Assembly: GCA_030167865.1 (NCBI GenBank)
Contig: JALAGF010005826.1
Location: forward strand, 1-49,094
Source of the DNA: Craspedostauros australis
Taxonomy: Eukaryota
DNA length: 49,094 nt
Direction: 5' to 3'
Shown here: one piece after another, positions 10,896-22,266 of the stretch
Layout: each line of letters starts with the position of its first letter
Position numbering within the stretch: the stretch's first letter is position 1
Program-made: the position numbers and the translations under genes
The notes under the pieces: model-generated
Database searches by the model: none
What the model was told of the DNA's origin: nothing
The model's input: the letters and a program-made list of their open reading frames with translations, nothing else

Positions 10896-13800
10896 ATGAT
10901 GGAATCAAGGACATCAAAACAGGAACTGGCGCATGATAACTGCCGTGCCAGATCGAGCAAGGAGAAGCGACGGAAGTCCAGCAGCAGGAAGCGAGGAGAT
11001 GCAGCAAGCACGGCTCCTCCATCATCGTCGTTATCATCAGCAGCCTTGTCGCTTCCATCACCGTCATCGTCATCAACAACGACATCGACAGCACACACAC
11101 CCATTTCACCTGTGCTACCAATGACAACACCAATGGAAACACCAATGGCAACACCAATTGCAGAAGTGACGAGAGAGGGCAGCATGCATTCGAATACCAA
11201 TCACACCACCAACCACAATGCGCTCATGCCGACGCAGCAGAACCATCGCAGCAGGGGTGACAGTCGCAATCGCGAAAGGAAGGGGAATGGTGATGGGAAC
11301 GGTGATGGGAACGAGGCTGGCAATAACAGCAGCGCCAACGGACACAGTACCCACAGTCGACGCATAGTTGCGCTGCACCAAATAGTGGACGAAAGCGACG
11401 AGCATAGAGTTCATCACAACAGCGATAGCAATTACAATGACATTACCATTCGCAATACCGCTAGCAGCGTCAGGGGCAATCACGGGGAGCATGGCCTGAG
11501 GTTTCCGGTTGGTCCGTTGGACTCGGCCGCAAGCAACACTGCTACAAGGATGGACGATGTTGATTTTGATCTGGACGATATCACAAGCGAGCTTGGCGGA
11601 TCATTGCCGAATGATAGCAACCATAGCGCTCAGCCATCGCAGGCAAGCATGACAGAAAGACACTTTGGGGGCAACATGGATGACGGTGCAACACGAACAT
11701 CCAAAGAAACAACCGCAACAGAAACAGCAACAACAGCAACCTCAACTGGGAACGCAGGCTCAAGTGTTACTGCAACCACACACAAACCCAGAATACGCCG
11801 ATTTCAACTTCATTCGCTTCTACCACTGCATCAGCAGCAACAACAACATCAGCAGCAGCGGATGAGGCGACCCAGCCACATGATCCCAATCCAACATACC
11901 GACTTTCGCGAATCCTGCGAAGTTGCTTTGAACGACGCTGGTGCAAACAACTATGACGCATCGGCCAATGAACGGTTGTGGAAGCAATCATCATCGAACA
12001 GCCTATCCCGACTTGACACCAGCACACCGGAGAACATCAGAGACGAGATGGCACAGGAGGACTTGATCGATACGAAATCATTCTCGTGGACGGACTTTCG
12101 AAACGACGGGGTGGACCAGGAGCAAGGCCGTGAAGATGCCCGACCGGCAGGCACCAATATCAACGCCAGCTTTGGTGACAGGGCTGACGGCATGGATATA
12201 GGCGCCGATCCCAACGCTACCACAGACTCAACCTCAAATTCTGGCCGTCCGGGCAACGGACAGGGGCAGGTCTCAAATGGAGGTGGCGGCGTTGGCATCG
12301 TTCGTGCGCAGACATCCACCGCCAATCGTTCCAAGCAACTCACAGGTAATGACTGTGCTGACGAGATGACGACTGATGCTGCTGCTGCTGGCACAGAACC
12401 AACGTTGCATCCGCTCGAAACCCAGAATCAAGCGATAACGCAGCCCAGTGACAGCCACAAACGCCGACTCCAGGACACGATGAGCCACGCAAGTGCAACA
12501 CCATCATTGAAGGGAAACGCAGAAAATGCCCAATCGAACGAGAAGGAAGCTACTGACAGGCCCGACCTTGATCATGGCGATGCCCCCCTCAGCAAAAGCA
12601 GCGTTGTGTCGAAGGAAAGCAACAGTGGAAGTCGCCGACGGAAGAAGTCGAAGGCCATGCCCAAACGAGCTTTGTCGGCGTACAATCTATTCTATCAGTC
12701 GGAACGAGAGAACATCCAGAAACAGGCAGAGAAGAAAGGAGAGAAGATCGGTTTCAAGGGTTTGGCTAAGATCATCGCGAAACGGTGGAAGAATCTCACC
12801 CAAGGACAGCTGAAGATCTACCGGGAGCGTGCTGAGAAGGAAGTTGAAAGACATCAGCGAGACATGAAAGCATACAAGGAGTTCAAATCCAAGCAATTGG
12901 AAAAACTCAACGAATCGGACAGCTCGTACAAGGAGCTCATCTCCTTCTCGGCGTCGGCAATTGGCCCGTCCGAACCGTCCCAACCGCAGTATGGCGATAC
13001 AACGACTCCATTGCACATGCCGCAACCACGAAATGCTATCATGAATGCTGCAGCGGCAACAGAAACAACAACGGCAGTGCCATCGTCATCAATGCCCTTA
13101 TCACCACAACATCACTTCCCAAGGACGTACAACGATGGCTTTCCAGAGCGACCGTCGTTTTACGGTGGTCCGAATGCGTCAGTTCACAAAGATGGCGCTG
13201 TGGCATCCAGCTCCGCGTCGCAGTTGGAGCTCTTTGATACTGGACCTGCTCATGGTGCATCCGCTGGTCACAGTAAGACCGCCTCCGAATCATCCGGACG
13301 TCATTACAGTCCGCATCCCAATGGCGTGTTGACGAACAGCGATGCGCCCCGTTTTGGAAACAACGTCGCATCAAATCCAATATCGATCTCGATGTCCGCA
13401 CCAACATCAGCTGCTGCCCCAGCTTCGGCTTCGGCAGCCGCACCCTCATCGTACCAGTCAATGTATCTGCACCGATCACAACCAGCCGGAAGTGGCAGTC
13501 ACAACCATGCAACAACTCGATCTGCATCATCTTCATCGGCGCCACAAACCGACGTCGCTCACACCACCACCAGCAGCAGCAGTGGACCAATGCGAATGAA
13601 CGGCCTGGGCGCACCTGGTCATCCAGGTCAACATGCGCACTCGTCTCGGCCATATCCAATTGATGATAGATCTGCCATGGCCGCCATGCGGCAGGCCTAT
13701 CCCAGCCTTCCGAGTGGGGCCCATCCACCTTTGGACGCCAACCAAATGCCACTCCCCTCCGGCATGCAAATTACCCTTCCGAACCGATCTGGACAGGAAC

Positions 13801-14861
13801 GCAAGTACGAGGTGAAGTATATGTGCATTGAAGCATCTGCTGGCGAAGCGCAGGTGCTCTGCCAGGAAGCCATCCAGCAATCCAGGTCTTCGGCACGACC
13901 GAATGAACTGATGAACCAAACCCAGTCATCTTTTATGAAGCTCCCGCCAGGCTTGGAAGTCGTCTTGCCTGATCAAACCGGCAACGAGCGGAAGTACCGG
14001 GTCGAAATCAATTGCTTCTTCATGACCAAACAAACCGCCTCCGAGGTATGCCACTGTGTTGCCTCGCCGACCAGCGACAGCCGTGGTTGGTCGAACCCGA
14101 CCGCTTCTTTCCGGCAGGAACATACCGGTAGCGGCAGGAGCGAATACTTGGAAGCGGCGTCCCGATTGCCATACAACCATCAATCAGGCCAACCCCATCT
14201 GCAGCAACCGCAACAGCATCACCATCATAACTCGTCATCTTCGCCGGCACGAGTACGACCTCTTCCCGGAACAGCGATGGCATCGTCATCAGCACCGGTA
14301 CCAGCACCAGCCGACACCGGACCGCATCGAATGCCAGGCGTCGGTCGGACCTCGGCATACGCCTTCTCCGCTGCAACCGCTGAAGCCCCTGCGCCAGTCA
14401 ATGCGGGTTACAGCCACACGTACGGTCATGGGCATACCCATGGCCATGGACGCAGGCCCGGTGGTGAAATGGGCGGAAACGGCACGTCGCCATCTGCAAT
14501 TCCCTCAATGAGTGGTGCTCCGCAGCCAGCTCCATCATCGGCGTTGCCGTCCCATTATAAGCATTACTCTGGTAGTCGGAACTACCCGCCCATGTACCAG
14601 CCAATGCAGGGCTACACCAATGGCAGAGACGATCGGAATCCCACCACGAACAGAAACTCCGGTTACGTGGGTCATGATGATCGGCGCATGTCCACAATGA
14701 GCTCTGCTGCAGCCACCGGTACTGCCATTGGTTCTGCTGCGACTGTTGGTAGTGGTAGCCGTGGCGGTCCTTCGGATTCGAACGCGAGATTTGGGAACAG
14801 CGAGAACCCACAAGTGATGCACGCATGGAACGCCTCGTCTCATTGGAACCAGCAGTACTGA
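10896..14861 (+). CDS. Large HMG-box DNA-binding protein (single HMG box, long disordered flanks)
   Basis: ORF 10695..14861; first ATG at 10896, true start uncertain. HMG box at ~12660-12880: PKRALSAYNLFYQSER...IGFKGLAKIIAKRWKNL...YRERAEKEVERHQRDMKAY. Confidence 0.9.
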   Translation: MMESRTSKQELAHDNCRARSSKEKRRKSSSRKRGDAASTAPPSSSLSSAALSLPSPSSSSTTTSTAHTPISPVLPMTTPMETPMATPIAEVTREGSMHSNTNHTTNHNALMPTQQNHRSRGDSRNRERKGNGDGNGDGNEAGNNSSANGHSTHSRRIVALHQIVDESDEHRVHHNSDSNYNDITIRNTASSVRGNHGEHGLRFPVGPLDSAASNTATRMDDVDFDLDDITSELGGSLPNDSNHSAQPSQASMTERHFGGNMDDGATRTSKETTATETATTATSTGNAGSSVTATTHKPRIRRFQLHSLLPLHQQQQQHQQQRMRRPSHMIPIQHTDFRESCEVALNDAGANNYDASANERLWKQSSSNSLSRLDTSTPENIRDEMAQEDLIDTKSFSWTDFRNDGVDQEQGREDARPAGTNINASFGDRADGMDIGADPNATTDSTSNSGRPGNGQGQVSNGGGGVGIVRAQTSTANRSKQLTGNDCADEMTTDAAAAGTEPTLHPLETQNQAITQPSDSHKRRLQDTMSHASATPSLKGNAENAQSNEKEATDRPDLDHGDAPLSKSSVVSKESNSGSRRRKKSKAMPKRALSAYNLFYQSERENIQKQAEKKGEKIGFKGLAKIIAKRWKNLTQGQLKIYRERAEKEVERHQRDMKAYKEFKSKQLEKLNESDSSYKELISFSASAIGPSEPSQPQYGDTTTPLHMPQPRNAIMNAAAATETTTAVPSSSMPLSPQHHFPRTYNDGFPERPSFYGGPNASVHKDGAVASSSASQLELFDTGPAHGASAGHSKTASESSGRHYSPHPNGVLTNSDAPRFGNNVASNPISISMSAPTSAAAPASASAAAPSSYQSMYLHRSQPAGSGSHNHATTRSASSSSAPQTDVAHTTTSSSSGPMRMNGLGAPGHPGQHAHSSRPYPIDDRSAMAAMRQAYPSLPSGAHPPLDANQMPLPSGMQITLPNRSGQERKYEVKYMCIEASAGEAQVLCQEAIQQSRSSARPNELMNQTQSSFMKLPPGLEVVLPDQTGNERKYRVEINCFFMTKQTASEVCHCVASPTSDSRGWSNPTASFRQEHTGSGRSEYLEAASRLPYNHQSGQPHLQQPQQHHHHNSSSSPARVRPLPGTAMASSSAPVPAPADTGPHRMPGVGRTSAYAFSAATAEAPAPVNAGYSHTYGHGHTHGHGRRPGGEMGGNGTSPSAIPSMSGAPQPAPSSALPSHYKHYSGSRNYPPMYQPMQGYTNGRDDRNPTTNRNSGYVGHDDRRMSTMSSAAATGTAIGSAATVGSGSRGGPSDSNARFGNSENPQVMHAWNASSHWNQQY

Positions 14862-15640
14862 CCGTCGAACGGAGGCAGCGGTTGGTACTCGGTGAGATGA
14901 ATCGATAGTTGGTCGGGCGCAGAAGCGTGCCTTGCCTGATATCACCGATAGAGTTGATGGGAGTAGATAGGCCGAGATGCACAGCACTATTTTATATAAT
15001 AGAATAGTACCATACTCGTGGCTCGTGCACCAAAGACTTCGAGTTACGACATTCATCAACCTTCATCCATGTTAGTCCTCGTGCGATTGCCTCATCCTTT
15101 CCCGTGCTTGTCTCGACGTGATCAAGTTCCGTCTGCCCCTCCTTGTGCGAAATGATCATCTCTTTGCTGAACTTTTTCGTGCTGAGCGCAAACCGCACGA
15201 AAATCATCGAACACGTGTCCAGCACGCGCTCTTTCTTGTGACGCAAAGTGACGTTGATGTGGTGCTTCTTGTGTGTCTCTTCTTCCTTTGTTTGTCCGCG
15301 GCATCTGTCGTCGTTCGTGAAACTACACGCATTCCAATGATTCGTTTGAATCGTGACTCCTCAGTCCACAATGCATGTCAACAACGTGATGCCAAAGATC
15401 GACAATGACAGAACCGAACCACACAAACACCACCACCACAACGCGCCACACCAAAATACCCCGCCAACACACTCGCATGGAAACCATGCATGGGTCGTAC
15501 GCGCGTAGTAGAGGTCACACCTGCGGACCATCGACGATGACCAAGGAACGGCCGATCGAGTATCCGCGTTGCTTGTGACCGATTCCGGTGAAGATAGAGG
15601 ATAGAGGAGATAGGGAAGCGAGAACGATAGAGGAGTGGAG

Positions 15641-16780
15641 ATGACGTTGACATCGCATCTGCAGTACGGATGGCTCCTTCTGGCATTCGTTGCGCTGCAA
15701 CAATGCACAACATTGACGTTGGCCACGCCTCTGGACTCTGCGGTGACGGTTGTTGCGGCCACTGTGAGCATCGCAGGCAGCCCAACAGCATGCGCAGGCG
15801 ATGCCAAGATCAAAGGGAATGGCAACAGCGAGGATGATACTTGCAGCAGCAGCATTCGCAGAAACTCCAAGAATTCCGCCTTCGTTTTCGTCAAGCCGCA
15901 CGCCAACACAGCCGCAACGCGGGAGTTGGTGAAGCAAAAGCTTTCCGATGCCAACGTCCGCATTCTCTCTGAGATCAGCATACCTGGAACCAAAATCGAT
16001 CGCAAGAAGCTGATCGATCAGCACTACTACGCCATCGCGTCGAAGGCCACCATGCTGGATGCCAAGGACATTCCCGTTCCAGCAAGCAAATTCGAAGCTG
16101 CCTTTGGAGAGCCATGGGCGAAGGTGCTTGGTGACGGGCGTGCCTTCAATGCAATGCAGGCCTGCAAGTACTTTGCATGCACCCCGGAGGAATTGAACGA
16201 AGCATGGCAGAAGGTCGACAACGTGGCCAAACTGGGCGGAGGATTCTACTGCGGGCCGATGTCGATGAATGACAAACCGCCCATCTACGTCTTCAACGCT
16301 TTCTTCATGGCCATGCGTGCCAAGTTCGTGGGCCGGGATAGTGCCATCCACGGATACGTCGTCGAATGGGACCCATCCGATCTACCCTGGAGCACGTTCC
16401 GGAATGAACTGCTGGGTCCCACCGATCCCTCCACGGCGCCGCTGGGCTCCATCCGAAGGACTATCTACGACGACTTTGCTAGTCTTGGTTTGTCGTCACA
16501 GCCAACCACAAGCGACAACGGTGTGCACGCCAGCGCATCCCCGTTCGAAGGCTTGGCGGAGAAGACAAACTGGCTGAGTGCAAACCTGAAGAAGGATCCG
16601 CTTGGGAAGGCTTTGCTGGATGCAGGTCTGTCGAAAAAGACCATCAAGCAATGGTGCCTGGATCCTCAGATCAAAGTATCCGACACGGAGACCGGGAGCG
16701 TCTTTGATGCGCTGGAAGACATGGACGTCGAAGAGTGCATCGAGACGCTGGTGCGCCTCGACCAACTTAACAAGCAATAG
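15641..16780 (+). CDS. Nucleoside-diphosphate-kinase-like protein with internal expansion and N-terminal signal peptide
   Basis: NDK motifs in order: AFVFVKPHA, IDQHYY, FR.ELLGPTDPSTAPLGSIR, DNGVHASAS (catalytic His position), ...AEKTNWL. Hydrophobic N-terminus GWLLLAFVAL. ATG at 15641. Confidence 0.85.
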   Translation: MTLTSHLQYGWLLLAFVALQQCTTLTLATPLDSAVTVVAATVSIAGSPTACAGDAKIKGNGNSEDDTCSSSIRRNSKNSAFVFVKPHANTAATRELVKQKLSDANVRILSEISIPGTKIDRKKLIDQHYYAIASKATMLDAKDIPVPASKFEAAFGEPWAKVLGDGRAFNAMQACKYFACTPEELNEAWQKVDNVAKLGGGFYCGPMSMNDKPPIYVFNAFFMAMRAKFVGRDSAIHGYVVEWDPSDLPWSTFRNELLGPTDPSTAPLGSIRRTIYDDFASLGLSSQPTTSDNGVHASASPFEGLAEKTNWLSANLKKDPLGKALLDAGLSKKTIKQWCLDPQIKVSDTETGSVFDALEDMDVEECIETLVRLDQLNKQ

Positions 16781-17157
16781 AGCCCGCAGAGTTGGCGCAT
16801 AGCAATGTCGATGTCGATACGAATAGCCTGAGCACAGCTAAGCTAATCAGCCCCAGTTGACGGCAACTTCGGTGCAGGCATCGAGAGGTTCACAGTTAAC
16901 CGGAGCATCCTTGGTCGTAACTATTTGCACGAAAGAGAGAGAAAGTATTCTACATACATTCGCCTCTACGTACGATAACGGAGTGGTCTGCAGCTTTTGA
17001 ACTTCACACTCGCGTGCGCTCCGACCTGTCATGTTGACGCTCTCGCGTTTGCGTGTTGTAATGTTGCTCTACTAGAGAGTATTCAAATCGGGGCATCCAC
17101 AGCGTTCTCTGCCAATGTGACGTGCAAACAAGCGTGAAATTTGAGATCAGGCTCGCC

Positions 17158-20100
17158 CTACTGGCCCTTGTAGGCATGACCCTTCTGGTAGTTCTGATGG
17201 AAGGAGCGGAACAAGATGCGCTGGGTCGTGTCCATCATCACATTCAGCTGCCTGCTTTCGAATTCTGACAGCATGTCTAGCAAGCAGTACATCGCCGGCG
17301 TCAACGCGATCTTGAGATGCTGCACGAGATCGTTGGATAGCGCATCCACGAACTCCAGCAGGAGGCAGATGATGTGCTTCTTGTACACATCCTTGTGTGG
17401 CAGGAGCAGCTCGCACAGTCGCGTGAACTTCTGGCCTCGGCTCGCGGCTTCCAGACGATCCGCTCTATTGTACAACGTGTGCCGGAGCATCCCCATCATG
17501 GCCTTGATCGCGACCGGGATGCAACCGTAGATTTGCCTCGAAAAACGTTGCAGGAAAGTGGAGAGCAGGAAGAAGCATTGATTGTACGGCGAAGCGTTTG
17601 TCACAACACCGTTTGTTTTCGTTGATCCTGTGTAGGTCTGATGATTGTGCTTTGCATTGGCTCCTTCGCGTTGACTGCCTGCGCGCTGCATAAGGAGCAG
17701 AGATGGTTCGTTCGTCTGCAGCACGGCGCTGATGTGCCCGAGCACCAACGCGATATCTCGTTCGCGCAGAGGCACGACGTCCCTGCGTTTCGAAAGGTCA
17801 ACGACGACGTGGGTGCACGCGCTTAAGTACTCGCTTTGCTTACCTGAAGTTGCGGAATCTGTGCTGCAGGACACCATCAGCTCCAACGCTTGAACGAACA
17901 TGTGTCGAGCTCGGATGGCAAGGACTTCGGCTGGAATGTTCGTTCCGCCTCTGAGCAGCAGGCTGTACAACCGAAGTCTCAGCGATCCGTCGCATCTCGT
18001 AGCCATGCTGCCGCGTTTGTGATTGTCAACGAGCATGTCGATGATGGACGTCAATTCATCCGACTCCATCCAACCGACGGTCGATAGGAAGGTTGCCTCT
18101 ACAAGCGGGTCGGCGCTGTTGCTGTTCCGTATACGAGTATTCAGAATGCAGTCAATTATTCCGTCCCGCTGAGCTTTCGATGGATGCGCCAATGCAGCGC
18201 ATGCCAGGAGGTACATGTTCATGTTGCCATGATTGCTACCATGATTGCTGCCATGCTTGGTTTGTTGGTGCGAAGAGATACGAGTAGTGTGCTGAATCAT
18301 GGTGTTGATGACGGTGTCTTTCGTGTGTTGCTGCAACCATGCAGGCACTCCTCCGCTGTGCTTGATCGACGAGCGCAGAACGTCCGCGATGAGCAACGCG
18401 CATTGACTCCAGCAGTGAGCATCAATCGCCCCATCGGCATTTGCATTTGCATCTTCGTCTGCATTGGCATTGACACTCGTATCTTTGTTGGTGACAAAGC
18501 ACTGAACGACATGGGTCCATAGATGTGACTCGATCAAGCCAAGAAGCATTGGGACGATGGATCGACCGGTGCTCGCAGCTTCATCACTTGTCGCAGGTAT
18601 CGTGCCAACGCTTTGTTTGAGGATGCTTCGGAACAAAACGCAGTGCACGGCGAGATCCACACTTGTGAAGCCAGCGCTGGCCTTCGCATCATGTCTCGAG
18701 TTGAGATTCTTGCAGAGCGCTCCTTTTATTTGAATCAAAGCAGTCTCTGCCGTCTCTTCGGCTTTCGCGTGCTGCGTCACAAATGTAACGATGGATGCAA
18801 CGCATGCGCCGACGGCGCCCAAGTGCGCCTGAATTTGACGTCCAGGGATGACCTTGTGTTGCTGCGCCACGACGATGGAGGACGCTATGCTCTTGTCAAC
18901 GAGTGGTAGGAGCACAGCATGGATAACATGATCGGCGCTGTCGTTTTCGTCGCCATTGCCTTGTTGGAATTGGTCCAGCACCTTCGAGACGATCAAGTTG
19001 AGCATCGTGCTGATTTGGGGCGCTGTACAAATGACGTTCTTTGCTTTGCTCTTGAATAGCCAGCGGTTGTACTTGTTGATTTGGAGCAACATCCCAATTG
19101 ATGGAATGATCGGTGTCAACTCCCAGACAATGTCAGGAAGTCTCTGGACCGTGGAAACGGCATTCGAGATGACATTCAGCCTTGCGACGGCTTCGTCTTG
19201 TCTTGATGCTAATGTTTGCAGCGACAACTGAGGATCCTTCAAGCTTCCAACAATTGCATCCAAGCCGTCGTTGCGCGCATGTTCGGAGGAGAATCTGCTG
19301 GATGATTTGCTACGGCGCGCGATTTTACCACCCTCCCAGTCACCGTGGAAGAAGGCTTGGAGTTCGTGATCAACAAATTCCAGACATGAAACTCCCAGTC
19401 GTTTCGAGACGGCCGCATTCTCGTAGAGGGCGGAATCGTTAATCAACGCTCGGGTGGCCATCGCAGCGGCACTATCTCCCGGAGAACCCACCAGCGACGA
19501 CCAGAACCATCGAAGGAATGATGCGATGCTGTCTGGGTTGGCCCACTTGGATAGAATGGGAAGGAATTGGATAATCCTGTTCCAGCAGTCACTTTCGCTG
19601 CCTTTTGTCTGTTGACGAACAGCAACGGCAAAGACGAAATGAACCAAGCGCTCCGCTTCATCGTTGGCATCGGTACTGCCGCTATCGATGGAGGCCGAAG
19701 CAGCCTCGGATCGTTCCATCTCGTGGATAATGGAGTACAAGTGCTGTATCCGTTGCAAGGCGAGCGCGACGAGTTCGAGACACGTGGTATCCTGCTCGTC
19801 TATGTCGCGGTCTTCGTGTTCACCGACTGCAGTGTGCGAGAACTGGTCCATACTCGCATTGAGCATGCGGATTAGGTCATCTGGGATGAAGGACTTGAAG
19901 TGGAGCTTGTTGGTCTCGGTGGGATCGCCGGAGTCCGTCCAGAATGCGCATCGCAGTTGCAAATCGAGCAACGCGCACGCCAGCTGGAGTCCGAGGTTGG
20001 ATGAGGCGTTCGCGCTTTTGCTGCTGCCATTGTCTTGCTGCGAGACCAATTTGAGGACGATCGATTCCATGGTAGAACTGCACTGCTCGCTGATCGTATG

Positions 20101-22266
20101 TGAGTTGCGCTTGCCAACCGTGATGTGTTTCAGAATCAAGCAGAGCAGATGGATGACGATGTTGGTGCCGGGTGCTTGCTTGCTTCCAATTTTGGAGTTG
20201 GCGTCAGTCCCACCGACGAAGCTATCTTGCAGCCACTTGTCCAACCGTTGGAAAATCTCCAAGGTTTGAAAGCCCGGACTCTCCTGGATGGCATACCCCA
20301 CAGATGCAACGAAAGCTGGATGCAGCACCATGAGCTCGAAGTTGGAGAGCTCCGTGGAGTGATCGTTTTCTGAACCGAATCTTTCGATGCACGTGATCAT
20401 GGCGCGGTAGAAATGATCCAGCTGTCTCAGTTTCTGGTACGTCTCGATCGCATGCAGGAACCAAGACGTGGCATCGCCCTGCAACGCCGATGTGGACTTG
20501 TTGGGTGCGGATGCGTCTTTCTGCGTCGTCACCACCAACGTGAGCACTTCGTCCAATCGATCGTGCACGAGGAGATGATTTAGTCTCGTCAAGGATCTGA
20601 GGACGAGGAATGCAATGCTGGACCGTTTGATCTGGATGACGCAACTTGTCACGGATTGGAGGTAGTCGTACTGCGATTGATCTTTGCCCACGTTGGATGG
20701 TAAATAGACATCGTGCTGAAGCAATAGATCCAAGCATCGTTCCAGTGCCACCAATTTGGCTTTCACGTGCGTTGCGGATGAAGTATCGACGATGGTCTCC
20801 AACAGGAGGCTGGCAAGGCGGGCGAAGAAACCGAATTGAAACTTGGCCAGCTCGTTTGTTCGCTTGCGCCTGGATCCCTTGACCTTCTTGCTGGCTTCTT
20901 GTTGGATACTGCATTGGATCATCGCCTGCAGGATCAGCGGGATGGCCTTGCACGTGGCACGAACGGCGGCATCATTGGAAGTGGAGGTGGTTGTCACATT
21001 CAAACCTTCGATGAGTGTGTCCAACAACGCCTCCTGGTAACATCGGTACGTCTTTGACTTCTTTGCAGCAGCAGTGGTTGCATCGGTCGCGTTGCGTTTG
21101 TTCTGCGTGGTTGTAGACTCATCTAAGCTAGTTACGTCCACATCCACATCCACATCCATTCTTTCCGGAGCTGACGATAACTCGGGGGCCTTCGCTGATT
21201 GGACCGGCGAATATGACGTGATGGACTTGATGGAACGGAATGCGTCAAGATGTTCGTTTGTGAACAAGCCACGGAAAAGTATGCCCTGGACCAGCTGATG
21301 TAACGTGCCATCTGCATCACTCTCGCTGCCAGCTTTGGCATGCTCCATGATCCGTGTGAATGTCGTCAGCAGAGTGAAAGTGGAGAGCAAGAGGAAGCTC
21401 TTCTTGGTATTGGATTTTTGTTGCCGTTCGCTGAGCAGCTGCATGGTCGCAAGGATGACTTGATGCGTGCTGGACATGCCGTGTTCGTTGGTTGCCCGCA
21501 GCGCAATTGCCTCGCGCGCATCAAGATACGTCCGTACCGCGGGCAGGAGCGTTTGGCATGCATGCTCGAAGGTCGGGTGGTAGAGATGCTTCAAGAGATC
21601 GCAGTAGCATGTGGCTGCAACCTGTTGCAATAGAGATCCATCTGCCGTCGTCGCCGTGGGATCCAACGCCAAATGCAAGGCAGCAGGCACGATCTTGTTC
21701 AACACCTTCTGCGTCAAGATGTGCGATACATGCTGCGGGATCTCCACAACGTCTGTCTCCTCTTGCAGTTGATGGTTGGCATGCGGTCGCAGAAAGGAGG
21801 TGAGGAATTCATCCAGTATCTGCCATGCGATCAGCACTTGATCCACCTCGTCTTCGGATTGCTGCTGCTGTTGCTGCCGCTGCGTGAGCAACTTGATGGA
21901 CCATGGAATAAGGATGGATGCCACATCTTGCTTGGGAAGGTACTTGTACACCTGCTGCTGTTGTTGCCGATCCTTCGTGCCGGCCTTGATATCGTCATCC
22001 TCGCCATCACCGCCACTGCTATCACCTCGCAGGTACATCAAAAGTGCGCGTGCCTTGCTGTTCAGCATGGAATCATGCGACGCCGTGGTCAACGCTGCAG
22101 GTTGCTTGAGGAGATGGTTGAAGTCAAGTATCATCTGAACGACCGGTCCCGCCACTTGCTCAATTGGATCCGCCTCGGTTCGTGACGAACCAAACTTCTG
22201 AAGCCGCCGCGCATGCTTGCTGGATGGGGAAGACGCGATGCCTTGCGTTCTGGGTCTCTTCCTCAT
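17158..22266 (-). CDS. URB2: Nucleolar pre-ribosomal-associated protein URB2/Npa2 (1702 aa, intronless)
   Basis: Long helical ORF whose C-terminus fits the Urb2/Npa2 domain: KFTRLCELL...YKKHIICLLLEF...ALTPAMYCLLDMLSEFE...LFRSFHQNYQKGHAYKGQ*. Basic N-terminus MRKRPR. Confidence 0.8.
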   Translation of the reverse strand: MRKRPRTQGIASSPSSKHARRLQKFGSSRTEADPIEQVAGPVVQMILDFNHLLKQPAALTTASHDSMLNSKARALLMYLRGDSSGGDGEDDDIKAGTKDRQQQQQVYKYLPKQDVASILIPWSIKLLTQRQQQQQQSEDEVDQVLIAWQILDEFLTSFLRPHANHQLQEETDVVEIPQHVSHILTQKVLNKIVPAALHLALDPTATTADGSLLQQVAATCYCDLLKHLYHPTFEHACQTLLPAVRTYLDAREAIALRATNEHGMSSTHQVILATMQLLSERQQKSNTKKSFLLLSTFTLLTTFTRIMEHAKAGSESDADGTLHQLVQGILFRGLFTNEHLDAFRSIKSITSYSPVQSAKAPELSSAPERMDVDVDVDVTSLDESTTTQNKRNATDATTAAAKKSKTYRCYQEALLDTLIEGLNVTTTSTSNDAAVRATCKAIPLILQAMIQCSIQQEASKKVKGSRRKRTNELAKFQFGFFARLASLLLETIVDTSSATHVKAKLVALERCLDLLLQHDVYLPSNVGKDQSQYDYLQSVTSCVIQIKRSSIAFLVLRSLTRLNHLLVHDRLDEVLTLVVTTQKDASAPNKSTSALQGDATSWFLHAIETYQKLRQLDHFYRAMITCIERFGSENDHSTELSNFELMVLHPAFVASVGYAIQESPGFQTLEIFQRLDKWLQDSFVGGTDANSKIGSKQAPGTNIVIHLLCLILKHITVGKRNSHTISEQCSSTMESIVLKLVSQQDNGSSKSANASSNLGLQLACALLDLQLRCAFWTDSGDPTETNKLHFKSFIPDDLIRMLNASMDQFSHTAVGEHEDRDIDEQDTTCLELVALALQRIQHLYSIIHEMERSEAASASIDSGSTDANDEAERLVHFVFAVAVRQQTKGSESDCWNRIIQFLPILSKWANPDSIASFLRWFWSSLVGSPGDSAAAMATRALINDSALYENAAVSKRLGVSCLEFVDHELQAFFHGDWEGGKIARRSKSSSRFSSEHARNDGLDAIVGSLKDPQLSLQTLASRQDEAVARLNVISNAVSTVQRLPDIVWELTPIIPSIGMLLQINKYNRWLFKSKAKNVICTAPQISTMLNLIVSKVLDQFQQGNGDENDSADHVIHAVLLPLVDKSIASSIVVAQQHKVIPGRQIQAHLGAVGACVASIVTFVTQHAKAEETAETALIQIKGALCKNLNSRHDAKASAGFTSVDLAVHCVLFRSILKQSVGTIPATSDEAASTGRSIVPMLLGLIESHLWTHVVQCFVTNKDTSVNANADEDANANADGAIDAHCWSQCALLIADVLRSSIKHSGGVPAWLQQHTKDTVINTMIQHTTRISSHQQTKHGSNHGSNHGNMNMYLLACAALAHPSKAQRDGIIDCILNTRIRNSNSADPLVEATFLSTVGWMESDELTSIIDMLVDNHKRGSMATRCDGSLRLRLYSLLLRGGTNIPAEVLAIRARHMFVQALELMVSCSTDSATSGKQSEYLSACTHVVVDLSKRRDVVPLRERDIALVLGHISAVLQTNEPSLLLMQRAGSQREGANAKHNHQTYTGSTKTNGVVTNASPYNQCFFLLSTFLQRFSRQIYGCIPVAIKAMMGMLRHTLYNRADRLEAASRGQKFTRLCELLLPHKDVYKKHIICLLLEFVDALSNDLVQHLKIALTPAMYCLLDMLSEFESRQLNVMMDTTQRILFRSFHQNYQKGHAYKGQ

